Below are positions 27,860 to 35,613 of a stretch of 64,000 nt of DNA, in pieces. How positions within the stretch are numbered: the stretch's first letter is position 1; each line of letters starts with the position of its first letter. The notes under the pieces are model-generated. The model saw nothing but the letters and a program-made list of their open reading frames with translations, was not told where the DNA came from and made no database searches. Origin of the DNA: an uncultured Gemmatimonadales bacterium (GTDB lineage: Bacteria > Gemmatimonadota > Gemmatimonadetes > Gemmatimonadales > JACORV01); NCBI GenBank assembly GCA_963812035.1, contig CAWETG010000010.1:180975-244974 (forward strand), written 5' to 3'. The position numbers and the translations under genes were made by a program.

Positions 27860-30078
27860 CGTGGTGCCGTCCGCGCCGTGCGGCTCGCCACCGCGCCGCT
27901 CGCCGCCCCGGGGTTCCGGTCGAGCCACGCGACGAAGTCGCCGACGTCGAACCGGCGGTTCTGGTTGCCGAGGTAATCGAGCGCCAGCAGCTGGCCCGCG
28001 CTGAGACCGCTCCGGCCCGTCAACAACTGGCTCACCACGTCGCTCACGCCGGTGAAGGTGGCCGCCAGCGCGTAGGGACGCGCCATGCGCAGGGTCAGGG
28101 CGGCGGCGCCGGCCAACGTGTCGCCCGTCCACCCGGCGAACACCGCCCCCGCGGGCGGCACCGGGGTGAACGTGACGCTGTCCCCCTCGACCAGGAACGA
28201 GCCGTTGAGCGGGTCGATCGTGCGCGTGGCGTCGACCGCTCCGCTCCCGAGAACGACGACTGACACCAGATAGCGGTGCGTGACGGACGCGGTGTAGGTC
28301 GCCCCCGCCGGCGCGCCGGTCACCGTGTGCGAGCGGGCCAGGCCGTCCGACCAGGAGTCGAACAGGAACTGCGTCCTGCCGTTGGCACTGAGCTGCAGCG
28401 AGTCGATGGCGATCGTGTGCGTCGACCCGTTCGCCAGCACGTCGCGGAACACCCTGGTGGTGGTCGAGTCCACCTGTACCGCCGCGGCGGTATCGGACGC
28501 CCACACCGTGGTGACGTTCCCGAAGCTGACCCGGAAGCTCATGGCCCCGAAGGCCGTAACCTGCCGGATGGAATCAATGATCGCGCCGCCGAACACTCCG
28601 GCGTTCGAATTGGCCGCCGGGCGCGTGTCGGCGCTGAACCTGGTGTTGCCGCTCGTGCCGGGGAACGGATCACCCGGGTCGCCCCGATCGTTGCAGGCAC
28701 TCGGATACGTGCACTCGAGGCCGGTATCGCCCTCCGCCTCCTCGACCGCGAGCGCGTGCGGGACGATCGCGTTCACGTCGTTCAGCCCGAGGCTCAGATC
28801 CCATCGCTCGCGCATGAGCACGGTGTCCACGTGGTAGATCATCAAACCGGGCCCGTACATCATCGAGTCGGAGCCGATGGCCTGGCGGTTCTCCAGCAGG
28901 AAGTACTCGTTGTGCGGCGTGCCGGCGATGGCGACGATATAGGCCGTGTCACTCGTCTCGATCGGCCTGGCGAGCACGGTCTGCGGTGTCGTGACCGGCA
29001 CCTCCGAGATCCAGCCCAGCGTGGCCAGGGCCCAGGCGCTCATGTGCGCGGGCCGGTACGGTTTCTGCTCGTTGCCCTCGGACATCAGGTCCCAGCGGCC
29101 GATCCCCTCCGTCTGCCCGCTGGTGTCGTACAGATCGGGCAGGCCGAACAGGTGGCCGGTCTCGTGCGAGACGGTGCCGATCGGCGCGAGCTGCCCCGGA
29201 GTGCACTCGGCATCCCCGCCCTGCCCCCCCTCGATGATGTAGTCGTCGATCAGAACCGGGTGACCGTTGATCGAATCGTTGGTCGTGATGGGAGCCCCGG
29301 TCCAGCCGCTGTAGGAGAACCGGTGCGACCAGATGCTGTTCGCGGCCGGCGGATAGACCAGGTAGCACTCGCCGCCCACCTGTGGATCGAGAATGACGAT
29401 GGCGGGGACCATGCCGGTCGCGGTATCCGCGAACTGCGCGAAATCCACGGTCGAGTCGGCGTGCCGGACGAGCTCGAGGATCAGGTCTGGCACGTGCGAG
29501 CATCCGAACACGATGCCCTGGCATCCAGGGCCGCCCGAGTAGAACGTGTCGGTCTGTGCCACGCGGATGGCGGGGATGACGGTCCCGGTGACCGTCAACC
29601 GGCCGCCGGAGATCTCCTGGTAGTAGGTCGTCACCGAATACGGCGGCGCCGCCGCTGTGCCCCAGAACTGGTTGGCGACCGCGACGGGATCCATCAGCGC
29701 GCTATCCGCGGCGGTGCTGTTCGAGAACAGCGGCATGAAGGTCGGGTAGCGCAGCGTCCCGCCCACTGCCGTCGCCGAGGCCGCCGGACCCGCGAGCGCG
29801 GCCGGCGCGTTGAGCTGCCCCCAGGCGCCGCGGGAGCGGAGCGCCTGGCGGTGGAGGCGCACCTGCCGCGCCCGCTCCAGCCAGCCGTGCTTGAATTCGA
29901 AAGCACCGGGCCGCGCCCGCATCTGATTGAAGCCTGCGGGGGGACGCGCACCGCGGTGGATGAGGCCCCGACGGACCACGTCGGCGCCCCCCTCCTGCGC
30001 GGCCACCGGTGAGACGGCAGCCAACAGCAGGACCGCGACGATGGTGCCCACCCCCAACGCGTGGCGGCGCAGCTTCAG
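27856..30078 (-). CDS. M6 family (immune inhibitor A-like) secreted metalloprotease with C-terminal InlB-B-like repeats
   Basis: HETGHLFGLPDLY zinc motif, WDLMSEG Met-turn, EYFLLENRQ, GLMIYHVD. Start is either TTG 30057 or CTG 30078. Confidence 0.9.
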   Translation of the reverse strand: MKLRRHALGVGTIVAVLLLAAVSPVAAQEGGADVVRRGLIHRGARPPAGFNQMRARPGAFEFKHGWLERARQVRLHRQALRSRGAWGQLNAPAALAGPAASATAVGGTLRYPTFMPLFSNSTAADSALMDPVAVANQFWGTAAAPPYSVTTYYQEISGGRLTVTGTVIPAIRVAQTDTFYSGGPGCQGIVFGCSHVPDLILELVRHADSTVDFAQFADTATGMVPAIVILDPQVGGECYLVYPPAANSIWSHRFSYSGWTGAPITTNDSINGHPVLIDDYIIEGGQGGDAECTPGQLAPIGTVSHETGHLFGLPDLYDTSGQTEGIGRWDLMSEGNEQKPYRPAHMSAWALATLGWISEVPVTTPQTVLARPIETSDTAYIVAIAGTPHNEYFLLENRQAIGSDSMMYGPGLMIYHVDTVLMRERWDLSLGLNDVNAIVPHALAVEEAEGDTGLECTYPSACNDRGDPGDPFPGTSGNTRFSADTRPAANSNAGVFGGAIIDSIRQVTAFGAMSFRVSFGNVTTVWASDTAAAVQVDSTTTRVFRDVLANGSTHTIAIDSLQLSANGRTQFLFDSWSDGLARSHTVTGAPAGATYTASVTHRYLVSVVVLGSGAVDATRTIDPLNGSFLVEGDSVTFTPVPPAGAVFAGWTGDTLAGAAALTLRMARPYALAATFTGVSDVVSQLLTGRSGLSAGQLLALDYLGNQNRRFDVGDFVAWLDRNPGAASGAVASRTARTAPR

Positions 30079-30231
30079 GCGCTCACTCCCCTGCAGAGGG
30101 CTGAATTCTTAGGAAGGTACCGACGCCGGAAACCGCGCGGTAGACGGCGCCGGGGCCCTCGCGGGCGTCACGCCGCCGGTGCGACGATGAATCCCGAGGA
30201 CAAACTGCCCTATTCGGTCGTCAGATTGGTG

Positions 30232-30963
30232 CTACCGCAAGGTCGGGTGGAGCGCCGGAATGGTCCAGCCGATGGCAAAGCCGAGTGCCGCTCCCGCCAC
30301 CACGTCGGTGGGAAAGTGCTGGTGGGCGAGGACGCGCAGGACCCCGGTCGTGGCCGCCGCGGCGAAGAGCACGCCGATCTGGAGCTTGTCCTGTCCCGCG
30401 AGGCCCCGCCGATGGAGCACCGAGGCGTATGCAGCCGCAGCCGCGAATGCCACGCTGGAGTGGTCCGAGGGCATGGACTGCCCGTCATCGGCGGCGACCG
30501 GTCCGGTGGCCGTCTGCACGTACAGGAAGGGCCGCGGCCGATGGAACAGGACCTTCGCCCACTCGGTCACAGCGGCCGTGACCGTGACGGCCTGCGCGAT
30601 GACGGTGGCGTCCTCGGCCAGGGCCGCCGCGCCTTCGCCACGCCGGGACGATGCGAGGAACAGCGTCCCGAGCACCGCCTCCAGACCCAGGGTGGCGGTG
30701 CTGAACGCGCCGGCCGCGGCGCGCACCGGGCCAACCGCGCCCCGGTCGACCGGCCAGAGGGCCGCCGGGTCGCATGGCGCGCAGGTTGCGTGGGCGAAGC
30801 TGTGGGGCCAGAGCATCGGCACCAGGGCAGCCGAGAGGCCGGCAGCCACGACTGCCCCGTCGGGCCAGAGGTGGACGCGGAAGCGCAGGGAGGGTCCCTG
30901 CGCCCGCCCGACCGAGGGCAGGAGCAGGATCAGGTAGAGGGCGAATGTCAAGGCGCGCCGCAA
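30232..30963 (-). CDS. PAP2-family phosphatase with signal peptide
   Basis: C1 KVLFHRPRP, C2 PSDH, C3 RVLAHQHFPTDV; TTG start with GGAGG upstream. Confidence 0.85.
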   Translation of the reverse strand: MRRALTFALYLILLLPSVGRAQGPSLRFRVHLWPDGAVVAAGLSAALVPMLWPHSFAHATCAPCDPAALWPVDRGAVGPVRAAAGAFSTATLGLEAVLGTLFLASSRRGEGAAALAEDATVIAQAVTVTAAVTEWAKVLFHRPRPFLYVQTATGPVAADDGQSMPSDHSSVAFAAAAAYASVLHRRGLAGQDKLQIGVLFAAAATTGVLRVLAHQHFPTDVVAGAALGFAIGWTIPALHPTLR

Positions 30964-30964
30964 C

Positions 30965-30993
30965 TTGCCTCCTGCCCGTGTCCACGATACAAT
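30965..30993 (+). promoter_or_regulatory. sigma70 promoter of the spt operon
   Basis: TTGCCT-N17-TACAAT; its -35 overlaps the RBS of the divergent PAP2 gene. Confidence 0.7.
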
Positions 30994-31021
30994 GCGCACT
31001 TCGTGTTTCACAGGAGAGTCG

Positions 31022-32233
31022 GTGTCCACGACCCAGGTCGCGCAGATCATAGCGCTGTTCGAGAAATGCAAGAACTTCACCCAAGCCCGGGAAGTTCAGG
31101 CAGCCGGACTGTACCCGTACTTCACTCCGATCACCGAATCCGAGGATACGGTGGTGAAGATCGGGGGCAAGAGCAAGGTGATGATGGGGTCGAACAACTA
31201 CCTCGGCCTCACCCACCACCCGAAGGTGCTCGAGGCCGCTCGCCAGGCGTTGGAGCGTTACGGCTCCGGGTGCACGGGCAGCCGGTTCCTCAATGGCACG
31301 CTCGACCTGCATGAAACGCTGGAAGCGCGACTGGCGCAGTTCGTGGGCAAGGAGGCCGCGCTGGTCCTGTCGACCGGCTACCAGGCCAACCTGGGGCTGG
31401 TGTCGGGGCTGGTGGGGCGCGGGGAGATCGTCTACCTCGACAAGCTGGATCACGCCTCGATCGTTGACGGCGCGAAGCTGTCCTTCGGCGACGTCGTGCG
31501 GTTCAACCACGGCGACCTGGCCGGGCTGGAGCGGCTGCTGGCCCGCGACAACCGCCCCAAGGGCGCGATGATCATCGTGGACGGCATCTATTCCATGGAA
31601 GGCGACATTGCCGACCTGCCGAGGCTGGCGCCGCTGGCGCACCGCTACGGCGCCGCCCTGGCGGTGGACGACGCGCACTCGGTGGGCGTCCTGGGCGCGA
31701 CGGGCGCGGGCACCGCGGAGCATTTCGGCATGGTGGACGAAGTCGACCTGATCGTCGGGACGTTTTCGAAGTCGCTGGCGTCCATCGGCGGCTTCGTCGC
31801 CGGCCAGGAGTACGTGATCCACTACCTGAAGCACCATGCGCGGCCGCTGATCTTCTCGGCAGCCCTGCCGCCGTCCAACACGGCGGGCGTGCTCGCCGCG
31901 TTGGAGGTCCTGCAAAGCGAGCCGGAGCGCCGGGCGGCGCTGTGGGCGAATACCAAGCTGCTGGCCGATGGTCTGCGGTCGCTCGGCTACGATCTCGGGC
32001 AGAGCGTGACGCCGATCATCCCGGTGCTCGTGGGCGAACTGGAGCGGACGTTCTTGTTCTGGCGGAAGCTGTTCGACGCCGGCGTCTTCACCAACCCGGT
32101 CGTTCCGCCGGCCGTCCCGGCGTCGCAGTGCCGGTTGCGGGCCAGCGTGATGGCGACGCACAATGCGGATCAGATCCAGTTCGCGCTCGACGCCTTCGCG
32201 GTCGTCGGCCGACAGCTCGGGGTCATCCACTGA
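31022..32233 (+). CDS. spt: Serine palmitoyltransferase (alpha-oxoamine synthase family)
   Basis: GLYPYF, GSNNYLGL, GCTGSRFLNGTLDLH, DHASIVDG, DDAHS, PLP lysine in GTFSKSLASIGG (Spt-type); GGAG RBS. Confidence 0.8.
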   Translation: MSTTQVAQIIALFEKCKNFTQAREVQAAGLYPYFTPITESEDTVVKIGGKSKVMMGSNNYLGLTHHPKVLEAARQALERYGSGCTGSRFLNGTLDLHETLEARLAQFVGKEAALVLSTGYQANLGLVSGLVGRGEIVYLDKLDHASIVDGAKLSFGDVVRFNHGDLAGLERLLARDNRPKGAMIIVDGIYSMEGDIADLPRLAPLAHRYGAALAVDDAHSVGVLGATGAGTAEHFGMVDEVDLIVGTFSKSLASIGGFVAGQEYVIHYLKHHARPLIFSAALPPSNTAGVLAALEVLQSEPERRAALWANTKLLADGLRSLGYDLGQSVTPIIPVLVGELERTFLFWRKLFDAGVFTNPVVPPAVPASQCRLRASVMATHNADQIQFALDAFAVVGRQLGVIH

Positions 32234-33363
32234 CCGCTGAAGCGGTGACGGTGAGGTCGGCTGCCTCGGCGGCCGACCTCCGGATGTTCATCGACTTCAC
32301 CTACCGGCACTATCGCAACGACCCGCTGTGGGTCCCGCCGCTGCGCCGGGATGTGGCCACGCTGCTCTCCCGCACCGCGAACCCGTTCTTCGAGCACGCC
32401 GAGGTGGCGTATTTCCTGGCCGAGCGCCCCGACGGCGCCGTCGTCGGCCGCATCGCCGCCATCCAGAACGACGCGCACGGCCAGGCTCACCCCGAAGAAG
32501 CGACGGTCGGGTTCTTCGGCCTGTTCGAGTCGGTCGACGAGCAGGCCGTGGCGGACGCGCTGTTTGCCGCCGCCGCGGCGTGGCTGCGCGAGCGCGGTCT
32601 CACGATGATGCGCGGACCGATGAACTTCTCCACCAACGAGGATTGCGGCCTGCTGGTGGACGGCTTCGGCACGCCGCCGGTGGTGATGATGCCGCATAAC
32701 CCGCCGTACTACAGCCGGCTGCTCGAGCAGGCGGGGTTCTCGAAGGCGATGGACCTGCTGGCCTACGAAGGCGGACAGGACGCCGTCCCCGCGCGCCTCA
32801 CGGAGGCGGCCCCGAAGCTCGCGGAGCGCTACAAGATCACGCTCCGCCCGCTCGAGATGCGGCGCTTCTGGAGCGAGGTGGAGCAGCTCAAGGCGATCTA
32901 CAACCAGGCGTGGGAGAAGAACTGGGGATTCATCCCGATGACCGACGCGGAGATGAACCACCTGGCCAAGCAGCTCAAGCCCGTCGTCGTCCCCGACCTC
33001 GTGGTGTTCGCGTGGATCGGGGAGCGCCTGATTGGCTTCGCGATCGCCCTGCCGGACTTCAACGTCGCGCTGCGCACCAACCGTTCGGGCCGCCTGTTCC
33101 CGTTCGGGATCTTCCGGATCGTGTGGAACCAGCGGAAGATCACCCGCGCCCGCGTCGTCACGCTGGGGGTGCTGCCGGAATACCGCCGTACCGGGGCCGA
33201 TGCGCTGATGTACGAATGGCTGTGGCGCCACGCCCACGCGCACGGCTACCCGTGGGGCGAGTCGAGTTGGATCCTCGAGACCAACGCCGCGATGCGCAAC
33301 GCGCTCGAGCGGATGGGCTTCACGGTCTACAAGACCTACCGGGTGTACGACCGGCGAGTGTGA
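32230..33363 (+). CDS. GNAT-fold N-acyltransferase, bacterial ceramide synthase-like
   Basis: YRNDPLWVPPL, NPFF, VGRIAAI, GFFGLFE, GPMNFSTN, MMPHNPPYY, AWEKNWGFIP, SWILETN, KTYRVY. Start is CTG 32230 or GTG 32245. Confidence 0.78.
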   Translation: MTAEAVTVRSAASAADLRMFIDFTYRHYRNDPLWVPPLRRDVATLLSRTANPFFEHAEVAYFLAERPDGAVVGRIAAIQNDAHGQAHPEEATVGFFGLFESVDEQAVADALFAAAAAWLRERGLTMMRGPMNFSTNEDCGLLVDGFGTPPVVMMPHNPPYYSRLLEQAGFSKAMDLLAYEGGQDAVPARLTEAAPKLAERYKITLRPLEMRRFWSEVEQLKAIYNQAWEKNWGFIPMTDAEMNHLAKQLKPVVVPDLVVFAWIGERLIGFAIALPDFNVALRTNRSGRLFPFGIFRIVWNQRKITRARVVTLGVLPEYRRTGADALMYEWLWRHAHAHGYPWGESSWILETNAAMRNALERMGFTVYKTYRVYDRRV

Positions 33364-34346
33364 AGGTCCTCGTCACCGGCGCCACGGGGTTCGTGGGCAG
33401 CCACCTGGCTGCCGCACTGGCGAAGCGCGGTGACGACGTGTTCTGCCTCGCCCGACGGCCGGAGCAGGCCGCCTTCATCGCCTCGCTCGGGGCGCTGTCC
33501 GCCCCCGGTTCTCTGGAAGACGTCGAGAGTCTCAAGGTCGCCTTGCGTGGGGTGGAGCAGGTCTACCACCTCGCGGGGCTGACCGCGGCCGGCTCCGAGC
33601 AGGAATTCCTCGGCGTCAATGAAGGCGGCACCCTCCGGCTCATCCTCGCGATTCGGGCCGCCATCCCCACCCTCAAGCGGTTCGTGCACGTCTCGAGCAT
33701 CGCGGCCGTCGGCCCGACGAGCCGCGGCGGGCGGCTCACCGAGGACTCGCCGTGCCGGCCGCTCACCGCGTACGGCCGCAGCAAGCTCGCCGGGGAGGCC
33801 GTGGTGCGTCACGCGGTCGGGTTGCCGTGGACCATCGTGCGGCCTCCCGTGGTGTACGGCCCGCGCGACCGCGAGCTGTTACGGTTGTTCCGGATCGCGC
33901 GGTGGGGATTCGCTCCGGTCTTCGGGCTGGGATCTCAGGAGCTCTCGCTGGTCTACGTGACCGATCTGGTCGAGGGCATCGCCAGGGCCGGCGTGGAGCC
34001 GGCGGCGCTCGGCCAGACCTACCACCTGGCGCATCCCGACGTGCTCCGCTCCCGCGACCTCGCGCGCGCCATCGGGCGCGCGGTCCGCGGCGGGCGCGCT
34101 CCGCTGATCGTGCCGGTGCCGGCCACGGTGGCAGCGCCCATCGTGCGGGTGATCGGCCGGGCGGCCGCGGCCGCCGGGCGCCGCACCGTCGTCTCAGAGG
34201 ACAAGCTGGCGGAGTTCCTGGCCCCGGCCTGGGGTACGTCGGTCGCCAAGGCCGAGCGCGAGCTGGGCTGGCGCCCGACACACGACCTCACGGGCGGCGT
34301 CGCGGAGACGGCGGCCTGGTACCGGTCGGAGGGACTGCTCGACTGA
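33360..34346 (+). CDS. Extended SDR NAD-dependent epimerase/reductase (candidate ceramide/3-keto reductase)
   Basis: VTGATGFVG, HLAG, VSSIAA, YGRSK, RPPVVYGP; GTGA overlap with the upstream gene. Confidence 0.85.
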   Translation: MKVLVTGATGFVGSHLAAALAKRGDDVFCLARRPEQAAFIASLGALSAPGSLEDVESLKVALRGVEQVYHLAGLTAAGSEQEFLGVNEGGTLRLILAIRAAIPTLKRFVHVSSIAAVGPTSRGGRLTEDSPCRPLTAYGRSKLAGEAVVRHAVGLPWTIVRPPVVYGPRDRELLRLFRIARWGFAPVFGLGSQELSLVYVTDLVEGIARAGVEPAALGQTYHLAHPDVLRSRDLARAIGRAVRGGRAPLIVPVPATVAAPIVRVIGRAAAAAGRRTVVSEDKLAEFLAPAWGTSVAKAERELGWRPTHDLTGGVAETAAWYRSEGLLD

Positions 34347-34391
34347 GCGGAAGGAGGACCGCCTCCCTCGCCAGCCGCTGCGTCTGCCGGG

Positions 34392-35495
34392 TCAGGAAGC
34401 TCCGGGTATGGCGGCGACGCCGCTCGGCCCCGCGACCGCGTAGGCCTCGCCACCGTAGCGCGCCCGCAACTCCCCTACCCCGCTCGGATCACCCATCACG
34501 ATGAGCGTTGCACCCTCGGCGATCCGCGTCCGGGGATCGGGTTTGAACGACCACGCCGCCGATCCAGGCTCGAGGAGCGCCACCAGCAGCAGGCCGGGCA
34601 TGGCGTTCACGTCGAGGTCCGCGATGCACATGCCGATCGCGGGGGAGCCCCGGCCGACGCGCAGCTCCTCCACCCTGAGGTTGCGGTCGCGGTCGCGCAG
34701 CATCTTGTCCAGGAAGGTCACGACCATCGGGCGGATCATCTCGGAGGCCATCCGCATGCCGCCGATGCGGAACGGCGAGACGACCGCGTCGGCGCCGGCG
34801 CGCCGCAGCTTCGGCTCGTTGCGGTCGTCCACGAGCATCGCGACGATGCGCAGCGCCGGGTTGGCCTGGCGGGCGGTGAGGATGACGAGCACGTTGTCGC
34901 GGTCGGACTCGAGCGCCGCGACGAGGCCCGCCGCGCGGCCGACGCCGGCTTCCGCGAGCACCTCCTCGTCCGAGGCGTCGCCCGCGATGTAGAGCAGCTC
35001 CTGCGCGGTGCCCAGCGGCGGGAGCGCCGTCGCCTGGGGCACGATCGCCACCACCGGGCGCCGCACGCTCATCATCTCGTCGATGAAATGCCCCGCGACC
35101 ACGCCGGCGCCGCACACGATCACGTGGTTCGTGAGCTCCGCGATCGTCTGCCGCATGCGTTTCCTCCAGAAGACGTGCTCGAGTTGTCCCTCGACGAAGA
35201 ACGCGGTGATGGTCGAGGCGAAGTACAGCAGGATCCCCATCCCGAACAGGATCAGGATCATGGTGAAGACCCGTCCCGCCGGATTGTCGTCCATCGGGAT
35301 GATCTCGCTGTAGCCGACCGTGGTCAGGGTGATCACGGTCATGTACACGCTGTCGAGGAACCGGTGCTTCCCGTGACCGATCACGCTGTAGCCGGCCACG
35401 CCGATGGCGAAGACCGCCAGCACGGCAATCCCCGCGGTGGTGAGTCGGCGCCGGACTTCAGCGAGCTGCCGGTCGGCCTCGGTGAGCCTGTTCAT
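34392..35495 (-). CDS. Two-TM potassium channel with RCK (TrkA-N/C) domains, MthK/Kch-like
   Basis: YMTVITLTTVGYSE pore helix and filter, HVIVCGAG, GDASDEEVLAEAG, RRAGADAVVSP. Confidence 0.88.
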   Translation of the reverse strand: MNRLTEADRQLAEVRRRLTTAGIAVLAVFAIGVAGYSVIGHGKHRFLDSVYMTVITLTTVGYSEIIPMDDNPAGRVFTMILILFGMGILLYFASTITAFFVEGQLEHVFWRKRMRQTIAELTNHVIVCGAGVVAGHFIDEMMSVRRPVVAIVPQATALPPLGTAQELLYIAGDASDEEVLAEAGVGRAAGLVAALESDRDNVLVILTARQANPALRIVAMLVDDRNEPKLRRAGADAVVSPFRIGGMRMASEMIRPMVVTFLDKMLRDRDRNLRVEELRVGRGSPAIGMCIADLDVNAMPGLLLVALLEPGSAAWSFKPDPRTRIAEGATLIVMGDPSGVGELRARYGGEAYAVAGPSGVAAIPGAS

Positions 35496-35531
35496 CCCCC
35501 GCCCCGTGGAATCCGGGCACAAGCTATACGG

Positions 35532-35560
35532 TTGACGCCCGGCCCGCCAAACCCCATTCT
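35532..35560 (+). promoter_or_regulatory. sigma70-like promoter
   Basis: TTGACG-N17-CATTCT upstream of 35614. Confidence 0.5.
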
Positions 35561-35613
35561 TTCCGCGCTACAGTTCACCGGTTCACGCAGCCTGGGACCC
35601 GCTTGGAGTCGCC

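Noticed and set aside
30079-30231. Riboswitch in the protease upstream region (also checked 9340-9546 and 5166-5316)
   Set aside because: Only short GC hairpins; I recognised no conserved aptamer core.
31022-32233. BioF (8-amino-7-oxononanoate synthase) or Kbl
   Set aside because: No bio or tdh genes are adjacent; the GTFSKS motif and the CerS-like neighbour favour Spt. Not formally excluded.
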